Both the position numbers and the translations under genes were made by a program. From contig OZ219872.1 of assembly GCA_964291495.2 (NCBI GenBank), forward strand, positions 416,001 through 480,000: DNA of 64,000 bases, written 5' to 3'. This DNA comes from Dehalococcoidia bacterium. GTDB taxonomy: Bacteria > Chloroflexota > Dehalococcoidia > UBA2979. Positions 43,843 through 52,428 of the stretch are shown in pieces. The notes beneath the pieces are model-generated. The model saw only the letters and a program-made list of their open reading frames with translations, ran no database searches and was not told the DNA's origin. Numbering within the stretch: the stretch's first letter is position 1; every line of letters begins with the position of its first letter.

Positions 43843-45402
43843 TCAGCCTGCGCGGACCCTGTCGCGCGCCTCGACGATCGCGCGGAGCTTCGCCTCGGCG
43901 ACCTCCGAGGAGGCAACGGGGTTGTCCGCGAAGGTTGCGAAGCCACAGTCCGGCGTGAGCAGGACCCGCTCCCTGCCGAACAGCTCGTTGGCGCGCGCGA
44001 TGCGCCTCCCGATCTCGCCGGGCGGCTCGACGGCGTCGACCTTCGGGTTCACCACCCCAACGGCGATGCGCTTGTCCTCGGGCAGATCGCGCAGCACGGC
44101 CAACTCGCCGGCGCGCGGCGTGGACAGCTCGAGGAACAGCGTGCCCACCGGCGCGCGCCCGAGGAAGCCGAGCAGCGGCCGGTAGTCGCCGGCTAGGGCC
44201 GCCGACTCGTCGGGCGTCCAGTTGCCGCGGCAGACGTGCAGCCCCAGCGACTCACGCGGGAGGCCGCGCACGACCTCCTCGAGCAGACCGGCAGCGAAGT
44301 CCAGCTCCGAGTCCTCATCGAGCCGCTCGCTCAGCGCCCCGCACATGAAGCTGCGCGTGGCGCCCGGACTGCCGTGGACCACCTCCATCAGGACGGGCTC
44401 GTCGAACTGCACCAGCGCGGCGCCCGAGGCAAGCAGGAAGTGCGCCTCCTCGCGCAGCACCCGCACCACGTCGCGCGCGAGGTCCTCGCGGCTCTCGTAA
44501 GGGCGCTCGGTCAGGCAGTCGAGCCACATCATGCGCGTCAGCAGATACGGGCCGGGCAGCGCGACTTTCACGGGGGGCCTCGCGAACGATGCGACGAACT
44601 CCAGCTCGTGCAGGGCCAGCGGGCGGCTGCGCCCGAGCGCGCCGTAGACCACCGGGTGCCTGACCTCGGAGGCCGGCACGTCGAGGACGCGCAGCTCCTC
44701 CTCGAACTCCGCCGGGTCGTCGACGATCGCCGTGAGGTCGCTCAGCGGGATCAGCTGGCAGTTGTCGAGGCGGCCGCCCACGAAGCTCGCGTAGTTGTCG
44801 CGCCGCTGCTCGCCGTCGGTCACGACGTCGGCCCCGGCCCGCAGCTGCGCGGCGAGGCTCAGCCGCACCGCGTCGTCCGCCGTCGCCTGGAACTCGGCCT
44901 CGCCGAGCCGGCCCTCGAGGCGGTCGTGCATGGCCCGCAGCATCCAGCGCGGCCGCGGCCAGCTGCCGACGCCCATCACCGAGAGCGGCGCGATCACCCT
45001 CGGTGCGGCCGGCTCGGGCAGCGACTCCGGGATCGTGACCGCGACGCGCAGTTGCTCGCCGATCGTGCCCACCGGGGCGTCCCGGCGCTCGGAGACCCCG
45101 GGGGCCGCGACGGCCGCCCGCGAGCGCTCGTCGAGCGGGCCCTTGGATACCAGGTAGCTGCGTCGCTCGCCGTGCTTCGTCCACGAAACGAGCTCGTTGC
45201 TCGTCAGGCGGCACCAGGCCGGAAGCTCGACCTCGACCGTCGAGTCGGTCGAGAGGATCTCCAGCAGGCCGCCGGGCTCGAGCGGGTCGATGTGGCGGCG
45301 GATCAGGAGCAGCAGGCCCCCGCCGCAGTCGAGGTCGCCGCCGTCGAAGCTGACGTCGGGGTCGTGATCGTGCCGCTCGATCGGGTCCATCGGCGGGTCC
45401 AT
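43843..45402 (-). CDS. TusA-like domain fused to cobalamin-independent methionine synthase (MetE) catalytic-domain homolog
   Basis: N-terminal [10 protein letters not shown]...PAWC; then VGSWPRP, TDGEQRR, QFDEP, HVCRGN, PDCGF. Confidence 0.87.
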   Translation of the reverse strand: MDPPMDPIERHDHDPDVSFDGGDLDCGGGLLLLIRRHIDPLEPGGLLEILSTDSTVEVELPAWCRLTSNELVSWTKHGERRSYLVSKGPLDERSRAAVAAPGVSERRDAPVGTIGEQLRVAVTIPESLPEPAAPRVIAPLSVMGVGSWPRPRWMLRAMHDRLEGRLGEAEFQATADDAVRLSLAAQLRAGADVVTDGEQRRDNYASFVGGRLDNCQLIPLSDLTAIVDDPAEFEEELRVLDVPASEVRHPVVYGALGRSRPLALHELEFVASFARPPVKVALPGPYLLTRMMWLDCLTERPYESREDLARDVVRVLREEAHFLLASGAALVQFDEPVLMEVVHGSPGATRSFMCGALSERLDEDSELDFAAGLLEEVVRGLPRESLGLHVCRGNWTPDESAALAGDYRPLLGFLGRAPVGTLFLELSTPRAGELAVLRDLPEDKRIAVGVVNPKVDAVEPPGEIGRRIARANELFGRERVLLTPDCGFATFADNPVASSEVAEAKLRAIVEARDRVRAG

Positions 45403-45426
45403 CGATCTGCCGGTCGGCGAGCCGTT

Positions 45427-45789
45427 CTAGTAGGAGATGGAGGGCGTACCGCCGGCGAGGAACTCGACCAGCTTTGCGCCGCCGACGATCACGGCGCCGT
45501 CGACCAGGTTGTCCGTTTCGAGGTCGCGCTTGTTGTAGCAGGGCGCGCAGACGTAGATCTCACCGCCGCCCTCGGCGAACAGGCCCATCAGCTCGGAGAG
45601 GGCCATGAAGCCGTCCTCGTGGATGTCGTCGGCGTAGCCCCGCTCGGCCAGACGCACGCCCTCGGTGCTGAGGAACACGACTGTCTCCTGCTCGGAGCCG
45701 AGGGCCGCGTTGGCCACGACGAAGGCGACCGTCGCCCGGTCGGGATCGTCCCCCGCGTGGGTGAGGCTGACGCAAAACTTCCCGGCCAA
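45427..45789 (-). CDS. DsrE/DsrF-like protein
   Basis: VVFLSTEGV, YVCAPC..KR; 120 aa. Confidence 0.87.
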   Translation of the reverse strand: MAGKFCVSLTHAGDDPDRATVAFVVANAALGSEQETVVFLSTEGVRLAERGYADDIHEDGFMALSELMGLFAEGGGEIYVCAPCYNKRDLETDNLVDGAVIVGGAKLVEFLAGGTPSISY

Positions 45790-45810
45790 GATCGTTCCCT
45801 TCCTCGCGAC

Positions 45811-46080
45811 CTACGCGCGCTGCGTCTGCTCGATCCAGTAGTGCGGGTGCTGCGCCTGAAGCAGGCGGCGGCCCGTGAGGCGGCACCAGGCCGGGATGTC
45901 CTCGGGTGCTCCGAGGTCGTACGCCGTCAGCTTGAAGACCTCGCCCGGGCCGAGTTTCCGCATCCGCGTCCTGAGCAGGATGATCACCTCGCCGCATCCC
46001 ATGTCGCCGGCGTCCCACTCGTCGGCGACGACCATGTCTTCGATCACAACGGGTGGCGCGGCCGGTTCGGGCTCAGCCAT
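45811..46080 (-). CDS. TusA/SirA-like sulfur-carrier-fold protein
   Basis: DAGDMGCGE...GEVFKLTAYDLGAPEDIPAWCRLTG. Confidence 0.85.
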   Translation of the reverse strand: MAEPEPAAPPVVIEDMVVADEWDAGDMGCGEVIILLRTRMRKLGPGEVFKLTAYDLGAPEDIPAWCRLTGRRLLQAQHPHYWIEQTQRA

Positions 46081-46187
46081 CGTGCTCCGTCCGCGCCCCG
46101 TCTCGCCGCCGTGCGATCCGGTACCGCGATCCTACGGGACGATGGCGCTCAGGGCATTTCCGGACGCGCGGGGCGTCCTCGGCTGCC

Positions 46188-47951
46188 TCAGCGCGCGGCG
46201 GGAGGCTCCACGCGGACGGTGATGATGTCGGTGTCGTGGAACTGCTGGTGACGCACGGAGGAGGCGTAGTTGCGCAGCAGCCGCAGCGAGACATCCTGCT
46301 CCACCATCGTCTCCGTATCGTGCTGCTGGAGCTGCCGTAGCCGGTCCTCCATGTTCTCGTCGTCGCCCCCGCCGATGAACTCAAGGTCGGCCGCGGGACC
46401 ATCGCTGGAGGCCAGCACGATCAGCTGGCGCTCCTCCTTGTCCTCCTCGTCGTCCTCGGTCTCGGCGAGCAGTCCCTCGAGGTCCAGCGGAGCCAGGGTC
46501 AGCAGCGTCTCCTCGGCGACGGCGCCGAGCCGGTCCTTCATCGCGGTGTCCCAGCCCCGGCTGTCCGCGAAGCGGGCGATGAACTCGTTGAGCTGCGGGA
46601 GGGAGTCGATGTGGAGCGGGGACTGGAAGCGCATGCGCCGCGGGTTGGTGAACTCCAGGTAGAGGATCATCACGACGGCGGCGAGTCCGCCGGTGGTGAT
46701 GCCGCTCGCGAGCATCGCGTTCAGCACCGGGCCGAGGTCGGGGAGGGCGAAGAGCTTGAACTGGAAGGCGGCGCCGATCCAGAAACAGACGCCGGCGACA
46801 GCGATCTTCTCGTTGTTCTGTTCGTTCTGGATCACGGTTCGCGCGCCGTCCACGAAGAGGCTGCCGGTGACCATGATCAGGTAGCCCGTCATCACCGGCC
46901 CCGGGATGCTGCTGAGCAGCCCCGAGACCTTCGGCAGGAACGCCAGCAGGATGAAGAAGCCGCCGATGCTGTAGCCGAGCGTGCGGGCCGCCACGCCGGT
47001 GATCTGCGTGAACGAGATGATGCCCGGGTTGATCGCGTTGGGCACCGTCCCCGCGAGGGCCGCCAGGAAGTTGCTCGCGGCCCCGCCGGCCACGGCGCCC
47101 TGCACCCCGCGGAAGTCCACCGCCCGGTCCTCGCGCCAGGCGACCCGCTGCATCGAGATCGCCGCGCCGTTCGCCTGGATCGAGATGATCACGCCGAGGA
47201 ACAGGAACGCCGGGACCAGGGTCCAGAACTCGAGCCCGAAGTCGAGCGCCAGCTCCGGCCGCTCGGCGGGCAGCCCGATCCAGGCGGCCTCGGTGATCCG
47301 CGACGTGTCGAAGATGCCGAGCGCCCCGGCGACCACGCAGCCGACGAGGATGCCGGCGATCGGGCCCCAGAAGCGCAGCAGCGGGGAGCGTCGCAGCGTG
47401 AGCGCCGCAGCGACGACCATCGTCACGAACGCTGTGAGCGATGCCTCCTCCGGCTCCACCTGCGTCGCGTCGTCCAGCAGGTCGAAGACCACCGAGGCGA
47501 GGGTGATCGAGAGGATCATCATCACGGTGCCGCCCACGGTCGGCGTGACGACGCGCCGCATGATGAACAGCCAGCGCGAGATCGCGAGCTGGGCGATCGC
47601 GGCGACGATCAGCAGCGTCGTCAGTGTCGCCGGGCCCCCGTCCTGCACGGCAGTGATGCAGAACGGGATCGCGAAGGCGGCCGTGAACATCGGCAGCACC
47701 GCACCGGCGCCGACGAAGCCGAGCCGCCGCACCTGGATCAGCGTGGAGACGCCGACGACGATCAGCGAGGCGAAGACCATCCAGACCACGTAGGGCTCGC
47801 CCCGCCCGGCCGCGTTGGCGACGATGACGGGCGTGACGAGCAGCGTGGCGGACGCGATCAGGCTGAACTGCGCGCCGAGACCCAGGGTTCTCACGAGTGG
47901 CGGACTCTCGTCTGCCTCGTACTGCGGGTTGCCGAGCGCTGGCGCCGTCAA
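46188..47951 (-). CDS. NCS2/NAT (xanthine/uracil) permease family protein with soluble C-terminal extension
   Basis: LGAQF, STLIQV..GFVGAG, VTPTVGG, FLPKVSGLLSSIPGPV; about 150-aa hydrophilic tail. Confidence 0.85.
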   Translation of the reverse strand: MTAPALGNPQYEADESPPLVRTLGLGAQFSLIASATLLVTPVIVANAAGRGEPYVVWMVFASLIVVGVSTLIQVRRLGFVGAGAVLPMFTAAFAIPFCITAVQDGGPATLTTLLIVAAIAQLAISRWLFIMRRVVTPTVGGTVMMILSITLASVVFDLLDDATQVEPEEASLTAFVTMVVAAALTLRRSPLLRFWGPIAGILVGCVVAGALGIFDTSRITEAAWIGLPAERPELALDFGLEFWTLVPAFLFLGVIISIQANGAAISMQRVAWREDRAVDFRGVQGAVAGGAASNFLAALAGTVPNAINPGIISFTQITGVAARTLGYSIGGFFILLAFLPKVSGLLSSIPGPVMTGYLIMVTGSLFVDGARTVIQNEQNNEKIAVAGVCFWIGAAFQFKLFALPDLGPVLNAMLASGITTGGLAAVVMILYLEFTNPRRMRFQSPLHIDSLPQLNEFIARFADSRGWDTAMKDRLGAVAEETLLTLAPLDLEGLLAETEDDEEDKEERQLIVLASSDGPAADLEFIGGGDDENMEDRLRQLQQHDTETMVEQDVSLRLLRNYASSVRHQQFHDTDIITVRVEPPAAR

Positions 47952-48151
47952 GGCTGCCTCCCGAAAGGAGATTGGGGAGTCACCCGGTGGCCCCGGTCCG
48001 CGGCGGACGGGGCCGCCCGCTCCTGGCGCTCACACTATAGGCTGCCCCGCCCCCGCGTGCGCGGCAGCCGCGATCTCGCTCGTGGTTGAAGCTGTCGGTG
48101 CTGAGGACCGGCTGCGTGCTGTGGTCCCCGCAGAGCACCAGCGCCTGGAGA

Positions 48152-48228
48152 TGGTGGGCGATGGAGGGCTCGAACCTCCGACCTCCCGGGTATAGACCGG
48201 ACGCTCTCGCCTGCTGAGCTCATCGCCC
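48152..48228 (-). pseudogene. Variant tRNA-Val copy with anticodon UAU (pseudo-tRNA or tRNA-like RNA)
   Basis: Matches 48277-48353 except U8G, a D-loop A->G, U33C and C36U; stems and CCA intact. Confidence 0.75.
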
Positions 48229-48276
48229 CGGCGCACGGGCGCCTGCCTCGCGGATCGCGCCCTGCCCGCAGGGGCT

Positions 48277-48353
48277 TGGTGGGCGATGGAGGGCTCGAAC
48301 CTCCGACCTCCCGGGTGTAAACCGGACGCTCTTGCCTGCTGAGCTAATCGCCC
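48277..48353 (-). tRNA. tRNA-Val (UAC)
   Basis: Cloverleaf, TCCGG-TTTACAC-CCGGG arm, A73, CCA; upstream TTGACC-N18-TAGCAT. Confidence 0.96.
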
Positions 48354-48462
48354 CGGCGCACGGGCGCCTGCCTCGAGGATCGCGCCCTGCCCGCACGGCC
48401 TTCGATGCTAGGAGCGCGCGGATCGGCCGGTCAACCGCGTGGCAGCGCAGCCCTCGCCGGCG

Positions 48463-48663
48463 CTACTGCCCCGGCGGCGGCTCGTCCGGCCGGCGCCGCA
48501 GCAGCGTCCCGATGCCGACGACGAACCACAGGTAGCCGAGGATCAGCAGCAGCTCGAACGCCCCGCGCGCGTAGCGGCCCGCCAGCGCCTCGACCAGGTC
48601 GCCGCCCAGCCAGAGGTTGACGAGCAGTGCGGCGAAGATCACAAGATGCCGCGGCCAACCCAT
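48463..48663 (-). CDS. Small two-TM membrane protein (66 aa)
   Basis: MGWPRHLVIFAALLVNLWLGG...LLLILGYLWFVVGIG; GGAGG RBS. Confidence 0.65.
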   Translation of the reverse strand: MGWPRHLVIFAALLVNLWLGGDLVEALAGRYARGAFELLLILGYLWFVVGIGTLLRRRPDEPPPGQ

Positions 48664-48708
48664 GGCGTGCCTCCGCACTCCACATACGAGAGCAGGGTAC
48701 CGCAGCCC

Positions 48709-49266
48709 ATGTCCGACTTCGACGCGAGCGCAGTTGAGCCCGCTCCGGACGCAACCGCGCCCGAAAGCGGGGAGCTCGAACGGCTCAGCCTCATCGAGAT
48801 CGAGGAGGCGATCGGCGAGATCCAGCGCCGCATCGCCGTCGCGCTGCGCGGTCTCGGCGAGCGTGCCGCCGACGAGCCCGGCCCCGCGGGCCGCTCCCCA
48901 CGCCTCGAGGTCGCCGAGCTGGCGGCGCGGCTCGAGTTGGCCGCGCTCGCCCTCGCGGCCGTCGCCGGCGGCGAGGAACCGATCGCCGAGGACGCCGAGC
49001 GCCTGGCGGCGCTGGCCGCCGCGCTGATGTACGCGGCCCCGACGGTCCCCGCGCTGCTGCAGCGGCTTGAGCAGGACCGCCGGCTGCTCGTCTCGCTCGC
49101 CCGAACCGCCGAGGAGCACGCGGCCCCGGACGACGGCAGACTGCGCCGCCTGCTCGTCGAGAGTGGGTTGGGCGCGGCCGCGCGCTGCGCGATGGCGATC
49201 GAGGCCGCCCTCGAACGACTCGCCGAGGCCGCCGAGGCGGGGTCGGAGGCGAGCGGCGGGCCGTAA
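48709..49266 (+). CDS. Hypothetical helical protein
   Basis: GC3-biased ORF from ATG 48709 (MSDFDASAVEP). Confidence 0.6.
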   Translation: MSDFDASAVEPAPDATAPESGELERLSLIEIEEAIGEIQRRIAVALRGLGERAADEPGPAGRSPRLEVAELAARLELAALALAAVAGGEEPIAEDAERLAALAAALMYAAPTVPALLQRLEQDRRLLVSLARTAEEHAAPDDGRLRRLLVESGLGAAARCAMAIEAALERLAEAAEAGSEASGGP

Positions 49267-49329
49267 CGGTCGCGATCGCCTAGAATCGGGCGCGCTCAAC
49301 ACACACGGACGCCGGAGGGAGCCACCCGG

Positions 49330-50394
49330 ATGCAGTCACGTACGGTCATCTTTGCCGAAATGGGCAAGCCCCTGCTCGTCGAGCAGGTCGACTACGACGA
49401 CGAGGTCGCGCCCGGTCACGCCCTCGTGCGCAACTTCGCGAGCGGCGTCTGCCACTCGCAGCTGCACGCCCTGCACGGGCACACCAACCCCACCTTCCCC
49501 ACCGTGCTCGGCCACGAGTCCACGGGCGAGGTCGTCGCCGTCGGTGACGGCGTGGACCACGTCGCCCCCGGCGACAAGGTGCTGGTCGGCTGGCTGCCGA
49601 GGAACCCGCAGCCCGGCACGGGCCGCACCGTCTCGACAGCGCCGGTGCGCTGGAAGGGCGAAGACCTCAACGGCCACGCAGGCATCTACACCTGGTCCGA
49701 GCACACCCTCTGCAACGCCGAGTTCGTGCTCAAGGTGCCGGACTCGACCCCGAACGAGGTCACCTCGATCATCGGCTGCGCGGTGATGACCGGCTCCGGC
49801 GCGGTCACCAACTCGCTCGACGTGCAGAAGGGCGAGTCCTGCGCGGTCTACGGCGTCGGCGGCGTCGGCCTTTGCGCGATCGCCGCGGCCGCCGTGCGCG
49901 AGGCGGACCCGATCATCGCGGTTGACCTGTCCGACGAGAAGCTGGACTTCGCGAAGCAGTTCGGCGCGAACGTGCTGATCAACGCCCGCGAGGTCGACCC
50001 CGTCGAGGAGATCATCCGCGTCACCGACGGCGGCGCGGACTACGCCATCGACGCGATCGGCGCGCCGGAGACGACGGGCCAGATCATCGACTCGGTGCGG
50101 CCCTCGCAGTGGGACGGGCGGCGCGGCGGGGTCGCCGCGATCATCGGCTCAGGCATCGGCCGCCAGGAGATCCCGACACGCTCGATGCTGCAGGGCGAGC
50201 GGACGCTGATCGGCACGCTCGGCGGCTCCTGCGTCCCGGAGAAGGACTTCCCGGAGTTCCTGCGCTGGTACAACGAGGGCCAGCTGGACCTCGACGCGCT
50301 GGTCACGGAGCGCCACCCGATCGACGGCATCAACGACGCCGTCGGCCGCCTCGAGCGCGGCGAGGTCTTCGGCCGCAGCATCCTGACGTTCTAG
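49330..50394 (+). CDS. Zinc-binding medium-chain alcohol dehydrogenase
   Basis: GVCHS, GHESTG, IGCAVMTG, GVGGVG. Confidence 0.93.
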   Translation: MQSRTVIFAEMGKPLLVEQVDYDDEVAPGHALVRNFASGVCHSQLHALHGHTNPTFPTVLGHESTGEVVAVGDGVDHVAPGDKVLVGWLPRNPQPGTGRTVSTAPVRWKGEDLNGHAGIYTWSEHTLCNAEFVLKVPDSTPNEVTSIIGCAVMTGSGAVTNSLDVQKGESCAVYGVGGVGLCAIAAAAVREADPIIAVDLSDEKLDFAKQFGANVLINAREVDPVEEIIRVTDGGADYAIDAIGAPETTGQIIDSVRPSQWDGRRGGVAAIIGSGIGRQEIPTRSMLQGERTLIGTLGGSCVPEKDFPEFLRWYNEGQLDLDALVTERHPIDGINDAVGRLERGEVFGRSILTF

Positions 50395-50405
50395 GAAGGC
50401 CTCTG

Positions 50406-50775
50406 CTCCCCTCCGATCCCCTCTCCCCGAGGGAGAGGGTTAGGGTGAGGGCGAGTCCGGAGACCCGGAGCGCCAGCGGGGCGCTCGGGAGCGCACGGGA
50501 GTCCTCCCCCTCACCCCCGCCCTCTCCCCGAGGACAGGGGGCCGGAATGCCCGCGGCGCGACCCTCGAGGGCGCACCCGAAGGCCCGATGACGGATCCCC
50601 CGGCGAGACCTTTCGGAACCGTCTGCGAGGGCGCCCGCGCCTCCCCTCCGATCCCCTCTCCCCGAGGGAGAGGGTTAGGGTGAGGGCGAATCCGGAGACC
50701 CGGAGCGCCAGCGGGGCGCTCGGGAGCGCACGGGAGTCCTCCCCCTCACCCCCGCCCTCTCCCCGAGGGAGAGGG
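50406..50775. repeat. Duplicated ~128-bp module of paired REP-like palindromes
   Basis: 50406-50533 and 50641-50768 match with one mismatch. Confidence 0.85.
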
Positions 50776-50804
50776 TGCCGGACTGCCGCGGCAGGCTTGC
50801 GAGG

Positions 50805-51263
50805 CTAGCGCCGCTCCTCGATGAGCTGACGGGTCAGCTCGGCGTGGGCGGCGTGCTCGGCGGCGTGCTGCGCGGTGAAGATCAGCAGGTCGCGGCCGGT
50901 CGTCGCGCCGCGGCGCGGGTGCTGCCGCGCCTCGGCCAGCGACTCGTCGGGCAGCGCCGCGAGGCGCTCGCCGATCTCGGTGCGCAGGCTCGCCCAGCGC
51001 GCGACGGGCGCCTCGGCCGTCGCGTCCGAGGCGACGAACTCCGCGTCCCGGTCGCGTGAGCGAGGTTCGCCGCAGAGCACCCCGAGCAGCGTCTCGTCGA
51101 GCGCCCCGAGGATGTGCGTGGCGAGCACGAAGAGGCTGTTCGTGTCCGGCCCCGCCGGCCGCCGGTTCAGTTCGTCGGCCTGGAGGCCGTCGAGCGCGCC
51201 GACGATCCGGTCGGTCGCGCCCTCGATGTAGAACCAGAACCGCGCGGCCTCACCGTTGCTCAT
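50805..51263 (-). CDS. DinB/DUF664 family protein
   Basis: TNSLFVLATH, RDRDAEF, HAAEHAAHAELTRQ; ATG at 51263. Confidence 0.85.
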   Translation of the reverse strand: MSNGEAARFWFYIEGATDRIVGALDGLQADELNRRPAGPDTNSLFVLATHILGALDETLLGVLCGEPRSRDRDAEFVASDATAEAPVARWASLRTEIGERLAALPDESLAEARQHPRRGATTGRDLLIFTAQHAAEHAAHAELTRQLIEERR

Positions 51264-51364
51264 CGCGCACCGCCTCTCCCGACGGATTGTAGCGGCGCGC
51301 CCGGCGCCTCGATGGGCCGCCCGCATCGACAGCGACGGGGTCGCGAGCCTAAGATCGCGGGCAC

Positions 51365-51439
51365 GGCAGGGTAGCTCAGTGGTAGAGCAGCGGACTCATA
51401 AGCCGTCGGTCGCCGGTTCAAATCCGGCCCCTGCTACCA
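51365..51439 (+). tRNA. tRNA with CAU anticodon, probably elongator Met (Ile2 not excluded)
   Basis: Cloverleaf GGCAGGG...CTCATAA...CCCTGCTACCA; G2-C71, C3-G70. Confidence 0.9.
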
Positions 51440-51515
51440 ACTCCCGCGCACGGCACGCCCGACGGCCGGGACGCCCTCGGCCGCCGGCCCACGCTTCGAG
51501 GCTGGAGCGCCGCCG

Positions 51516-52289
51516 CTAGCGGCCCTTCCAGACCGGCTGCCGCTTCTCCGCGAAGGCGCGCTTCGCCTCGGCGGAGTCCTCCGTCTTCGAGAGGATCGCG
51601 GTCTGCGTCTGCTCGTAGCGGTAGCCGTTCTTGATGTCGGTGTTCTCGATCACGTTCAGCGTGGACTTCACCATCTGGACGCCGAGCGGCATCTTCGAGG
51701 CGATCACCCGCGCCTCGGCCATCGCCTCGTCCATCAGTTGCTCCGGAGGCACCACGCGTATCACGGCGCCCGCCATCAGCGCCTGCTGGGCGTTGATGCG
51801 CTGGCCCGTCATGTTCGCCCAGCGCAGCCAGCCGGTCGGGAAAACGCGGCCCATTTGGCTCGCCCCGCCGAGCAGTCCGACGTTGACCTCCGGCAGCCCG
51901 AACGTCGCGTTCTCCGAGGCGATCAGGAAGTCGCAGCAGGCGGCCAGCGCCATCCCGGCGCCCAGCGCGTGCCCGTTGATCGCGCCGATCACCGGCACCG
52001 CGCACTCCACGAGCGCGTTGTAGCGCTCGCGGGCGGCGCGGCTCGTCGCCAGCCGCGTGCCCGGCGGAGGCGTCGTGCCCGCCTCGCGCGCCCCGCGCTT
52101 CACGTCGGCGCCCGCGCAGAAGGCGCGCGTCCCCGCGCCAGTGAGGATGCAGACGCGCACGTCGTCGCGGTCCGCGAACGAGTCGAGCAGCTCGATCATG
52201 TTCCAGTCGCGGTCCATCGCGTTGACCGGCGGGTTGTCCATCGTGATCACGGCGATGTAGTCCGCTACCTCGAGGTGCAGTTGCGACAT
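51516..52289 (-). CDS. Enoyl-CoA hydratase/isomerase family protein
   Basis: PPVNA, FCAGADV, NGHALGAG, FGLPEVNVG. Confidence 0.93.
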   Translation of the reverse strand: MSQLHLEVADYIAVITMDNPPVNAMDRDWNMIELLDSFADRDDVRVCILTGAGTRAFCAGADVKRGAREAGTTPPPGTRLATSRAARERYNALVECAVPVIGAINGHALGAGMALAACCDFLIASENATFGLPEVNVGLLGGASQMGRVFPTGWLRWANMTGQRINAQQALMAGAVIRVVPPEQLMDEAMAEARVIASKMPLGVQMVKSTLNVIENTDIKNGYRYEQTQTAILSKTEDSAEAKRAFAEKRQPVWKGR

Positions 52290-52428
52290 ATTGGTCCCCC
52301 TCTCGCGCCCGGGTTGACCGCGGGCCGCAGCCATCGAGGCGCCTCGGCAGCCACTATACTGATCGGGAGAGGCGGCATTCCCGCCCCGCCTGGCTGACGC
52401 TGGAGATCACGGGAAGCGGCGGCGACCC

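Noticed and set aside
43843-48228. Integrated island at tRNA-Val with the variant copy as an att site
   Set aside because: No integrase or distal att repeat seen, and the duplication includes the 5' leader and the whole tRNA
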